The notes below the pieces were generated by a model, which saw only the letters and a list, made by a program, of their open reading frames with translations, did no database searches and was not told the DNA's origin. A stretch of 64,000 nucleotides of DNA. It comes from Spirochaetota bacterium (GTDB lineage: Bacteria; Spirochaetota; UBA4802; JAFGDQ01). Positions 50,282 to 59,205 of the stretch are shown here, in pieces (position 1 is the first letter of the stretch; each line of letters opens with the position of its first letter). A program made the position numbers and the translations under genes. The stretch covers positions 11,214 to 75,213 of the forward strand of contig JAFGDQ010000019.1 of the NCBI GenBank assembly GCA_016932015.1. Reading direction: 5' to 3'.

Positions 50282-50305
50282 ACTGTAGAAAATACTATTA
50301 CAGTA
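50282..50305. promoter_or_regulatory. inverted repeat TACTGTA-N10-TACAGTA (candidate repressor operator) between promoter and 50392 start
   Basis: Perfect 7-bp inverted arms read directly, ~15 nt downstream of the -10. Confidence 0.4.
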
Positions 50306-50391
50306 TTGCCTTTTTTCTTCACGTTATTTACTTAGGGGTTTCTGCCCTGTCCATTTCCGGGTAGACTAAATTTAAAAAAAAGAATACAGCC

Positions 50392-52338
50392 ATGTCGGAT
50401 AACTTTTTGAGTCCACTGAGCATAGGCAGTATTACTCTGCCTAACCGTGTCTGTTTTCCCGCTCATAGAACAAATTTCTCCGTAAGGGGACGTTTAACCG
50501 ATCAACATATTGCCTACTATTCAAGAAGAGCCCGCGGGAAATGTGGAATGATTATTCTCGGTGAAATCTGCATTCATCCTGATGACAGACCATGGGAATC
50601 CATGATTGAAATATTTAATACTGAAGCAGTTAGGGACTTCCGCAGGATCACAGATGCAGTACATCAATACGGAACATTGATGCTGGCCCAGCTTAACCAT
50701 CACGGATTCCAGAGCAGCGGCAGCATTACAAGAAAAGCCATATGGGGTCCTTCGGCTAATGCTGATATCGTTTTCGGCGAAACATCAAAGCCGATGGAAA
50801 CAGAGGATTTTGAAACAGTAATTAAGGCTTTCTCAGACGCGGCCCTGATCGCGCGTGAAAGCGGATTTGACGGAATTGAAATAGACATCGGGCAGGAATC
50901 TCTGCTCAGACAGTTCCTTTCCCCTTTAACCAATTTCCGCCGGGATGAATACGGCGGAAGTGTTGAAAACAGAATAAAGTTTCCTCTTGATGTATTAAAA
51001 GCAGTTAGAAAAGCTATCGGCAATGATTTCACTGTAGGCGTCAGGCTGTGCGCTGATGAAAAATTCTGGGGAGCAATTACTCTTGAAGATTCAGTACAGT
51101 TTGCTGAAAGGTTTGTCAGCAACGGAAAGGCTGACTTTATTAATGTAACAGTCGGCACTTATTACAGCCTGCATATGTTTATGGCTTCAATGCATGTGCC
51201 ACCCGGGTTTGCTCTTGATGCTGCTGAAGGAATAAAAAAATCCGTAAGCGTTCCTGTAATCGCCTGCCATCAGATAACCACTCCGCAAATGGTGAATGAA
51301 ATTATTGAAAAAGAGCAGGCTGATGCAGCAGGTATGGTGCGCAGTCTCATTTGTGACCCTGATTTCACGTTAAAGGCTATGGAAGGAAGAGCTGATGATA
51401 TTCGCTACTGCGTCAGGGATAATAAAGGATGTATTGGAAGAGTCAACAATAAAAGAAAAATAGAATGCATCCAGAACCCTGAGGTGGGAAGGGAGGAATA
51501 CTATTCAAATTATCCTTTTGCTGCTGAGATAAAAAAACGTGTTATGGTTATCGGTGCCGGTCCTGCTGGAATGGAAGCGGCAATTACAGCAGCAGAGAAA
51601 GGACATGATGTTATTATTTATGAAAAAGAGGATACAGTAGGCGGACAGATAAACCTGATCAAAAAAAGGCCCAGGCGCCAGGGCATGGGCGGAGTAATAA
51701 ATTATCTGCAGAGAAATATTGAAAGACTTGAGATTCCTGTTAAGACAGGTATAGAAGTTAATTCATCGGTAGTTTCGGAGCATAACCCTGATGTTGTTAT
51801 AGTAGCGACAGGATCATTTCCCGCGGCAAAGCCTGTACCCGGAGATTATCAGGCTCCTGATGTTCTTACGGTAAATCAGGTTCTCGGCAGTGCGTTTAGC
51901 ACAGGCGAAAAGATACTTTTTATAGATGAGAACGGCAATCATCATTCGATATCAACGGTTGAGTTTCTCGCTGACCAGGGAAAGAAAGTGGATATGATCA
52001 CCAGCGATCTTTTTATCGGGGTCGAGCTTTCTCCGCTTGGCGACCTTTCCATGTCAAGACAGCGTCTGCTTCAGAGCGGAGTTACGTTTAAAACTGATCT
52101 GATGGTTGATGAAATTCAGGGGAAGCGTGTTGTCGCAAGGGATATGTACACGAACAAACCGGTAATATTCGATGATTATGATACAATCATACTTGATATG
52201 GGGAATGTTCCATGCGATGGAATTTATAAAGAGCTTAAGGGAAAAGTAAAAGAGCTTTATCGCGCCGGTGACTGTGTTGCGCCCAGGGGAATTGACATGG
52301 CAATTCTTGAAGGCCGTAAAGCAGGAGAGAGAATATGA
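50392..52338 (+). CDS. OYE-like FMN oxidoreductase fused to FAD/NAD(P)-binding domain (2,4-dienoyl-CoA reductase / enoate reductase family); Fe-S motif degenerate
   Basis: TIM-barrel OYE motifs (HRTN, GFDGIEI, R...YGGS). C-terminal GAGPAG Rossmann motif. The Cys cluster reads C-x6-C-x11-C (CVRDNKGCIGRVNNKRKIEC), so the second Cys of the usual CxxC is missing. Confidence 0.8.
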   Translation: MSDNFLSPLSIGSITLPNRVCFPAHRTNFSVRGRLTDQHIAYYSRRARGKCGMIILGEICIHPDDRPWESMIEIFNTEAVRDFRRITDAVHQYGTLMLAQLNHHGFQSSGSITRKAIWGPSANADIVFGETSKPMETEDFETVIKAFSDAALIARESGFDGIEIDIGQESLLRQFLSPLTNFRRDEYGGSVENRIKFPLDVLKAVRKAIGNDFTVGVRLCADEKFWGAITLEDSVQFAERFVSNGKADFINVTVGTYYSLHMFMASMHVPPGFALDAAEGIKKSVSVPVIACHQITTPQMVNEIIEKEQADAAGMVRSLICDPDFTLKAMEGRADDIRYCVRDNKGCIGRVNNKRKIECIQNPEVGREEYYSNYPFAAEIKKRVMVIGAGPAGMEAAITAAEKGHDVIIYEKEDTVGGQINLIKKRPRRQGMGGVINYLQRNIERLEIPVKTGIEVNSSVVSEHNPDVVIVATGSFPAAKPVPGDYQAPDVLTVNQVLGSAFSTGEKILFIDENGNHHSISTVEFLADQGKKVDMITSDLFIGVELSPLGDLSMSRQRLLQSGVTFKTDLMVDEIQGKRVVARDMYTNKPVIFDDYDTIILDMGNVPCDGIYKELKGKVKELYRAGDCVAPRGIDMAILEGRKAGERI

Positions 52339-54293
52339 GTGAGTACAAATATCTTTTTTCTCCTTTAAAGATAGGCTCAGCAGTTGTGCCGAACCGTATT
52401 CACTTTGCAGCGCATATGACAAATTTCGGGGAGGCCCAGAAAGTAAGCGAAAGGCATATTGCCTATTACAGGGAGCGCGCAAGAGGCGGTTGCGGTCTTA
52501 TCACTACTGAAGAACTTACGGTTCATCCAACAGACCATGCGTATGAAAAACTTGTGGACGCTTTTAAGCCGGAAGTAATCCCGGGATTCAGGGCGCTTAC
52601 TGATGAAATACATAAATTTGATACAAAAATTTTCGCACAGCTGAATCATAATGGTACACAGGCAGACAGCAGTATATCAAGAATTCCTTTATGGGGACCG
52701 TCCACCTGCGCCGATCCAATGTTCAGGGAAACCTGCAAGGAAATGGAGATTGAGGATATAAAGGAATGCATTGAGTATTATGCGATCAGCGCGCTACATG
52801 CTGTTGAAGGAGGGTTTGACGGTATTGAGCTGCAGTTCGGGCACAGTTCTCTTATAAGGCAGTTCCTGTCTCCTGCAACGAATTTTCGCAAGGATGAATA
52901 CGGCGGAAGTTTTGAGAACAGGCTTCGTTTTGCCGTTGAAGTAATTGAGGCTGTCAGGAAAACGGCAGGCCCTGACTTTACTCTCGGCGTGCGGCTGAAT
53001 GCTGATGAAATGCATCCCAGAGGCGGGATTACTCTGGATGATGCAAAGCTGATCGCCACAGCTTTTGAAAAAACGAATAATATTGATTTTATGGACCTGA
53101 GCCTTGGAACTTTCTATAATCTTTTTCTTGTTGAAGGCTCAATGCATACACCTCTTGCCTATACGGTCCCGCTTTCCGCGGCAATACGCTCAGCTGTTCA
53201 GGTTCCGGTTTTCTGCACAAACCGTATAAATGACCCGCATCTTGCCGAGAGTATTCTTGAAAACGGCCAGGCTGATATGATCGGAATGGTCCGCGCTCTT
53301 ATCTGCGATCCTGAACTGCCTAATAAAGCCAGGGAAGACAGAGCTGAGGATATTCGTTACTGCATAGCATGCAATCAGGGATGTATAGCGCGTATGGGGC
53401 TTGGTCATTCGCTCGGCTGTCTTCAGAATCCTGCAGTAGGGGATGAGAAAAATCTCGGAGCCGGTACACTGAAATCCTGCGAAGAACCGAAAAAAGTCGT
53501 GATAATAGGAGCAGGTCCTGCTGGTCTTGAAGCCGCGAGAACTGCTGCATTAAGAAAGCATAATGTGATTATTTTTGAAAAAAATTCCGAGCCGGGTGGA
53601 CAGAATATTACAGCAGGCAAACCAGCGGGCAGACAGGAAATAACAGGTGTTACAAGGTGGCTGCTTAGCCAGGTAAATAAACTGGATATTGATATGCGTC
53701 TCAATACAGAGGCGGACGTTGAAATGATTTTGAAAGAGAATCCTGATGCTGTTGTAATCGCGACCGGTTCTGTGCCTAAAGAGAGGCCTTTTCCAGGGGA
53801 CTATTCTTTTCCCGATGTGGTAAATACTCAGCAGATACTCAACAAGGAGGTTGAAGCAGGTGATAAGGTACTGCTTGTTGATCTTGAAGGCCATCATCAG
53901 GGGGCCGGAACTGCTGAATTTCTTGCTGATTATGGAAAACAGGTTCACATCATTACATCGTCATTATTTGCTGGTGGTGCTCTCGGGCCGCTTCAGGATC
54001 TGTTTCTTGCAAGAAAGCGCCTTGCTGCAAAAGAGATCACTTTTACTCCGGATATAGCAGTTCTTGAAATTCAGCAGAAGGTGGCCAAGGGTCTTAGCGT
54101 TTATTCAAATGAGATGATAGATTTTGATGAATTTGACACAATAGTTTTATGTGCAGGAAATGTTTCGGATGACAGACTTTACTTTGACCTTAAGGGCAGA
54201 GTTAAGGAGCTTTACAGAATCGGCGACTGTGTTGCCCCGAGAAAAACCGATATGGCCATACTGGAAGGCCACCGTATTGGAAGAATGTTATGA
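52335..54293 (+). CDS. OYE-like FMN oxidoreductase fused to FAD/NAD(P)-binding domain with intact 4Fe-4S motif (2,4-dienoyl-CoA reductase / enoate reductase family)
   Basis: Same architecture as the upstream paralog, but with a complete CIACNQGCIARMGLGHSLGC motif (C-x2-C-x3-C-x10-C). 4-nt overlap with the upstream gene. Confidence 0.8.
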   Translation: MSEYKYLFSPLKIGSAVVPNRIHFAAHMTNFGEAQKVSERHIAYYRERARGGCGLITTEELTVHPTDHAYEKLVDAFKPEVIPGFRALTDEIHKFDTKIFAQLNHNGTQADSSISRIPLWGPSTCADPMFRETCKEMEIEDIKECIEYYAISALHAVEGGFDGIELQFGHSSLIRQFLSPATNFRKDEYGGSFENRLRFAVEVIEAVRKTAGPDFTLGVRLNADEMHPRGGITLDDAKLIATAFEKTNNIDFMDLSLGTFYNLFLVEGSMHTPLAYTVPLSAAIRSAVQVPVFCTNRINDPHLAESILENGQADMIGMVRALICDPELPNKAREDRAEDIRYCIACNQGCIARMGLGHSLGCLQNPAVGDEKNLGAGTLKSCEEPKKVVIIGAGPAGLEAARTAALRKHNVIIFEKNSEPGGQNITAGKPAGRQEITGVTRWLLSQVNKLDIDMRLNTEADVEMILKENPDAVVIATGSVPKERPFPGDYSFPDVVNTQQILNKEVEAGDKVLLVDLEGHHQGAGTAEFLADYGKQVHIITSSLFAGGALGPLQDLFLARKRLAAKEITFTPDIAVLEIQQKVAKGLSVYSNEMIDFDEFDTIVLCAGNVSDDRLYFDLKGRVKELYRIGDCVAPRKTDMAILEGHRIGRML

Positions 54294-55324
54294 GTTCAGA
54301 TAAAATGAACATATGGATTCTTGTAAACCACAGGCAGGGTACTGTTGAAAAGGAGACTTACGGACTTGCTGCCGAGGCACAGAGGCTGTTAACAATGTCG
54401 AAACAGAATTCCGAAGAATATTGTTCCGATGGCAAAATTACAGCTGTAGCGCTTGGAGCAGGGCTTGATGCTGAACTTAAACAGCTGGGTGCATACGGAA
54501 TTAACAGTGTTGTTTATGCTGAAGGGCAGGAGCTGGCAAGATATAACGGGGAATTATTTGCAGAAGTCCTTCTGAAACTGTATGAAAAATATAAGCCTGC
54601 CTGCATACTAATGGATCATAATACGGAAACATCGGATCTTGCACCCAGGCTTGCTTCATTGATGAATACATCCATCGTTACAAGAGTTATAGATTTTACT
54701 ATCAGCATTAACCGGGAAATTGCAGCTACCCGGCCTGTAAGCAGCGGGTATCTGTTTGAAAAATTTAAACTGGAGCGCACATCCTGTCCGGTTATCACAT
54801 TATTACCAAATGTATTAAATGAAACTGAAGCCGCAGAAAACCGGAATATTGAAATCATAAATGAGAAAATAGATCCCGGCACTTTTAATTTAAAAACAAA
54901 GGTTACAGAAATAATGGAAGCTGCACCGGAGGATCTTGAAATTGATGAAGCCGAAATAGTTATTTCAGGTGGCCGGGGTGTAGGCAAAGAGGAGTCTTTA
55001 GATATTATTACCAGGCTGGCAAAGTCTTTGAAAGGCTCTGTCGGAGGAACAAGGCCGATTATTGACTGGCAGCTGCTTCCTTTTGAGCGTCAGATCGGGC
55101 AGACTGGAAAGGTGATATCCCCCAGGCTTTTATTCGCGTGCGGTATTTCAGGAGCAAATGAATATACTACAGGCATGGAAAAATCCCGCCTTGTCGTCGC
55201 AATAAATACTGATCCCGGAGCCCGCATATTCAAGTTTGCTGATTTGTCTGTTATAGGTGATGTACACGAAGTATTACCCCGGGTGATAGAAAAAATAGAG
55301 GAAAGGGGGATATGGAATTTATAA
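54290..55324 (+). CDS. etfA: electron transfer flavoprotein alpha subunit (EtfA-like)
   Basis: FAD-binding C-terminal domain motifs (VISGGRGVG, IAINTDPGARIF). Confidence 0.8.
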   Translation: MSSDKMNIWILVNHRQGTVEKETYGLAAEAQRLLTMSKQNSEEYCSDGKITAVALGAGLDAELKQLGAYGINSVVYAEGQELARYNGELFAEVLLKLYEKYKPACILMDHNTETSDLAPRLASLMNTSIVTRVIDFTISINREIAATRPVSSGYLFEKFKLERTSCPVITLLPNVLNETEAAENRNIEIINEKIDPGTFNLKTKVTEIMEAAPEDLEIDEAEIVISGGRGVGKEESLDIITRLAKSLKGSVGGTRPIIDWQLLPFERQIGQTGKVISPRLLFACGISGANEYTTGMEKSRLVVAINTDPGARIFKFADLSVIGDVHEVLPRVIEKIEERGIWNL

Positions 55325-55933
55325 ATGAAATTAAGTAATTTAATATTCTTTACTTTGTTTTTGCTTTTACCATTGGCTGTTCAGGCTTCTTATTTTCCTG
55401 AGGACTGCATTGCATGCCATGCGGCAAAAGATGGCGACAGCAGTCTTCAGATTCCTTTACAGGAATTTAACGAATCAGCTCACGGCAGAAATGTGACATG
55501 CACAGATTGCCATAATAGTGTTTTGAATGAAGAGCACATGACTGACGGAGCACATGCTGTTGACTGCAGTCAATGTCATCCCGTGGAATCCGGAGCAACG
55601 GATTATTTTTCTTTTCTTCCTTCTCTGCGTGTTAAATGGCATTTAAAAGGAGACTTTAGCGGAAATTACAACAAAAAAAACTGTATCGGATGCCATCAGG
55701 GTAAAGCTTCTCACGGTAAGGAAGGGGCTGTAGATAAACAGAACTGCTATGTATGCCATATGAAAATAAAAGATAATTCAGTAATCGCGAATATTCATCC
55801 TGTAGCAGATCAGAAAAAACAGCCGCTGATTTTTGCATCAGCTGTTATTTATCAGATATTGATTGTTGTTATATTATTAAGTTTAACAGGTTTTATTTTT
55901 AAAAAGATACTCGGGGAAAAAAAGGGTAAGTAA
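55325..55933 (+). CDS. pentahaem c-type cytochrome with C-terminal membrane anchor
   Basis: Signal peptide. Five CxxCH motifs (CIACH, CTDCH, CSQCH, CIGCH, CYVCH). C-terminal hydrophobic helix. Confidence 0.8.
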   Translation: MKLSNLIFFTLFLLLPLAVQASYFPEDCIACHAAKDGDSSLQIPLQEFNESAHGRNVTCTDCHNSVLNEEHMTDGAHAVDCSQCHPVESGATDYFSFLPSLRVKWHLKGDFSGNYNKKNCIGCHQGKASHGKEGAVDKQNCYVCHMKIKDNSVIANIHPVADQKKQPLIFASAVIYQILIVVILLSLTGFIFKKILGEKKGK

Positions 55934-55935
55934 AA

Positions 55936-57837
55936 TTGTTATCCTCATTTGATATTCTATTAACAGTAATCGCTTTATTTATAATGCTTGCAGGTATTTT
56001 CAGGCACAGGTCTGTCTGGAAAGCAGGCAGGGAGGAGTCCCGTTCAGGAAGTTGGGCAGGTCTTATAAAATATATTTTCGAGCATGGTAAGATACTGAAA
56101 AAAAGGGGCAGGGGGATAGCACATTTTTTTGTGTTTTACGGATTTTTTCTTCCCTTGGTTGTTATAATACTGGCACAGTTTAATTTCGAGATTGGCATTA
56201 TTCCTTCAGGAATTGTCTCTCTGCTGCTGGACATCATTGGGACTTTATTCCTGACAGGAATTGTCATTCTTTTAATAAGACGTATTGTTTCTCAGGATTC
56301 AGAGGGTCCGTTAAGGACAATTTTCCCGATGATTATATTGTGCGTTATAATAATAACCGGCTTTCTTGCTGAAGGAGCCCGGCTCGGCATTTCAGGAACA
56401 GAAACAGTATGGGCATCACCTGTGGGCTGGATTTTTTCCGTATTTGTCCCTGCTTCGCCATCCTTTATGCAGATAATAATACGCGTACATTTCTATGCTG
56501 TTTTACTGTTTTTAGCGCTGCTGCCGTTTAATTTTGCAAAACATATTATTGCCTCTTCGCTTAATGTTTATTTTAAAAGAAAAAATCCGCGCGGTGAATT
56601 AAATAAAGCTTATTTAACAGACGATTCCGCAGGAGCGGCTATTGTCAGAGATTTTACATGGAAACAGCTGCTTGATGCAGAGGCTTGCGTGTCATGCGGA
56701 AGATGTGAAGAAAATTGTCCCGCATTTATTTCAGGAAAGCCGTTGTCTCCAAGGAAGATCATCAGAGATATATACAATCTGATGTATCTTTCAAACGGTG
56801 AAAAAATATCATCAAATATGCTGGAGAGTACAATCAGCAATGACGAGATCTGGTCATGCACAGCATGCATGGCCTGTGTAGAGCACTGCCCTGTATACGC
56901 GGAGCCGATGGACAAGATCATTGACATGCGCCGCCATCAGGTTATGTGCAAAGGGCAGCTTCCTGCTGAAGCAGTACCCATGATACGCAATCTTGAGATA
57001 TTCGGCGATGTACAGGGCAAAGGCGCTGCTCACAGAATGGACTGGGCCATGAGTCCTGATCTTGAATTTGCTAATGCTGAAAATGCTGATGCTGATATTC
57101 TGTTATGGCCGGGATGTTCGGGCGCGTTTCATCCGAGATATCAGGAAGTGCTGAAAGCTATGGTAAAGATACTGAACACAGCACGAATCAGGTTCAGCAC
57201 ATTAGGCAAAGATGAATTATGTTGTGGAGATCCTGCAAGACGCCTTGGAAATGAAAGTCTTTTTCTCGAACTGGCCGGGAAAAATATCAGCAGTTTCAGG
57301 AAGAACAATATTAAAAAGATTCTTACTCTTTGCCCGCATTGTTTTAATACTTTAAAGAATGAATATCCTGGAGTTGAAAAAGAATTATTTAATAAATCAA
57401 AAGAAAATATTGAAGTTGTGCATGCTTCTGAATATATAATGGAATTGATTAAAGTAAAACGTATAGTCCCGAAATATCCGCTAAAGAAAAATATTGCTTT
57501 TCAGGACCCGTGTTATCTGGGGCGGGTAAATGGAATTTATAATGAACCGAGAGAAGTAATTTCAAGCATACCGGGAACCGCCTTAAAAGAACTTGATCAC
57601 AACAGGGAAACCGGATTCTGCTGCGGAGGCGGCGGAGGCGGAATGTGGATGCACGAGCATTCCGGTAAACGAATGAACGTTATAAGGGCGGAGGAAGTTG
57701 CAGAAGCTGACCCTGAGGTTTTGTGTACAGCGTGTCCGTATTGTCTGACAATGCTTGAAGACGGGCTTAGTTCTCTGGAGTCGGAAAAAGAGACGAAGGT
57801 GCTTGATATTGTTGAGATTATTGCAGGGGCGATATGA
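55936..57837 (+). CDS. membrane-bound HdrD/DsrK-like iron-sulfur oxidoreductase (N-terminal 5-6 TM domain + 2x[4Fe-4S] + two CCG domains)
   Basis: TTG start after RBS AAGGGTAAG. Ferredoxin motifs CVSCGRCEENCP and CTACMACVEHCP. CCG-domain cysteines (CPGCSG...CCGDP; CPHC...CCGGGGGG...CTACPYC). Resembles fused HdrE/DsrM-HdrD/DsrK modules. Confidence 0.75.
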   Translation: MLSSFDILLTVIALFIMLAGIFRHRSVWKAGREESRSGSWAGLIKYIFEHGKILKKRGRGIAHFFVFYGFFLPLVVIILAQFNFEIGIIPSGIVSLLLDIIGTLFLTGIVILLIRRIVSQDSEGPLRTIFPMIILCVIIITGFLAEGARLGISGTETVWASPVGWIFSVFVPASPSFMQIIIRVHFYAVLLFLALLPFNFAKHIIASSLNVYFKRKNPRGELNKAYLTDDSAGAAIVRDFTWKQLLDAEACVSCGRCEENCPAFISGKPLSPRKIIRDIYNLMYLSNGEKISSNMLESTISNDEIWSCTACMACVEHCPVYAEPMDKIIDMRRHQVMCKGQLPAEAVPMIRNLEIFGDVQGKGAAHRMDWAMSPDLEFANAENADADILLWPGCSGAFHPRYQEVLKAMVKILNTARIRFSTLGKDELCCGDPARRLGNESLFLELAGKNISSFRKNNIKKILTLCPHCFNTLKNEYPGVEKELFNKSKENIEVVHASEYIMELIKVKRIVPKYPLKKNIAFQDPCYLGRVNGIYNEPREVISSIPGTALKELDHNRETGFCCGGGGGGMWMHEHSGKRMNVIRAEEVAEADPEVLCTACPYCLTMLEDGLSSLESEKETKVLDIVEIIAGAI

Positions 57838-57871
57838 CCCCTATCCCCTCGCCATGCTACATATAGCGTTT

Positions 57872-57914
57872 CTCCTTTCCCCTTGGCAAAGGGAAAGGGT
57901 AGAAGCTTGTTTTT
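57872..57914 (+). terminator. GC-rich hairpin (CCTTTCCCCTT/AAGGGAAAGGG) followed by T-run; putative terminator after the HdrD-like gene
   Basis: Read directly. A second similar hairpin (57963-57985) and a GGCCgaaGGCC hairpin (57987-57997) follow. Confidence 0.3.
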
Positions 57915-58332
57915 ATCTGGTGTCAAATGTAATTATAGGATATTTTTTAAATATATTTTTCCTTCCCCTTTTCAAGGAGAAGGTGGCCGAAGGCCGGAAG
58001 GGGTTGAGTCAGCAAACAATGTCCAAAATATTCAATAGACACTCTGAACTTGAAAAACGAAGAATTTTAAGAGCAAAGCAGACAAATGCGGGAAAATTAA
58101 TCTGGAATAAGTAAAGAAGACGAAGCATAAACGGATACAAATTCAGAAGACAATACAGCATAGGCCCTTACATTGCCGACTTCTATTGTCCGGAAGTAAA
58201 GCTTACAATAGGAGTAGATGGCAGTGTGCATGATTCAATAGGGATAAATATACCGCGATTTAAAAATAATGAAATAGAAAACAACATTGATGCTGTTATA
58301 GATAAGATAGAAAAGCAGTTAGAGAGGCTTTC

Positions 58333-59190
58333 ATGAAAATAATTGTTTGCGTAAAGCAGATATATCATACATACGCAAGAACCGGCACTGACCCGGATAA
58401 GATGTTTATTGCGCCTGAGGACACAGTCGCAAGAATCAATCCTTATGATGAAGCAGCACTTGAAACTGCTCTGTGTTTTAAAGATTTAGATCCGGAAACT
58501 GAAATTACACTTTTAACACTTGGTCCTCTTATTGCAGAAAGTGGGCTTAGAAGATGCCTTGCAATGGGCGCTGATAACCTTGTTCAAATAGATGCAGAAA
58601 GACAGTTGGATTCAAAAAATAAGTCTGAATACATGGCAAAAGCTGTAGAGGAGATCGGAGCTGATATTGTTTTATGCGGGAAAGAGTCTCTTGATACGCA
58701 GAACGGACAGGTGGGAGCTTTTCTTGCCCGTATTCTGAATGTTCCATTTGTTTCAGTAGTGCTTGAATTCAGGTTGAAAAGCAATAATATAGAAGTTATA
58801 AGATCAGCCGGACGCGGTGTGCGTGAAAGAATTGAGTGTCCGGTTCCTGTTGTTTTAAGCGTGGACATGGGGCAGAAAGAACCGCGACTGCCCACATATA
58901 TGTCTAAAAAGAAAGCTGAGTTTTTCCAGATACAAACGTTATCATATTATGATAGTGAAATGAATAAGCAAAAAGTATCCCATGATGTTTTTCCTCCAAG
59001 GCCAAGGCCGAAAAAAGCAGCTGCTCCTGACAGTTCACTTGATCCGTATAACCGTATTGATTTTCTATTAACAGGAACCAGGGTTGAGAAAAAAGGAGCA
59101 GTACTCAGAGGTGATGCTGAAGTTCTGGCTGACGGCATTGTTTCTTTTCTTGATGAGCATGGATTCCTGAATGCGGAAAAGGCTGAATAG
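58333..59190 (+). CDS. etfB: electron transfer flavoprotein beta subunit (EtfB-like)
   Basis: MKIIVCVKQ... N-terminus and overall EtfB pattern. Confidence 0.8.
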   Translation: MKIIVCVKQIYHTYARTGTDPDKMFIAPEDTVARINPYDEAALETALCFKDLDPETEITLLTLGPLIAESGLRRCLAMGADNLVQIDAERQLDSKNKSEYMAKAVEEIGADIVLCGKESLDTQNGQVGAFLARILNVPFVSVVLEFRLKSNNIEVIRSAGRGVRERIECPVPVVLSVDMGQKEPRLPTYMSKKKAEFFQIQTLSYYDSEMNKQKVSHDVFPPRPRPKKAAAPDSSLDPYNRIDFLLTGTRVEKKGAVLRGDAEVLADGIVSFLDEHGFLNAEKAE

Positions 59191-59205
59191 ATAAATGTTT
59201 CTGAT

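Noticed and set aside
50282-50305. TACTGTA...TACAGTA resemblance to an E. coli-type LexA SOS box
   Set aside because: The spacing between CTGT and ACAG is 12 nt, not 8. The context is a redox-gene promoter, not an SOS gene. It is kept only as a generic palindromic operator.
49824-50391. sigma-54 (-24 TGGCAC / -12 TTGC) promoters for the operons flanking the GAF sigma-54 activator
   Set aside because: No convincing GG-N10-GC element was seen upstream of the ADH-mft operon, the OYE operon, etfB or the MoaD-like gene. Sigma-70-like elements with palindromic operators were found instead. The activator's target may lie outside the window.
57755-58114. 119-aa ORF at the end of and after the HdrD-like gene
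   Set aside because: It overlaps the upstream gene in another frame, is low-complexity and R/K/L-rich, and spans palindromic GC hairpins. It is better explained as non-coding structured sequence.
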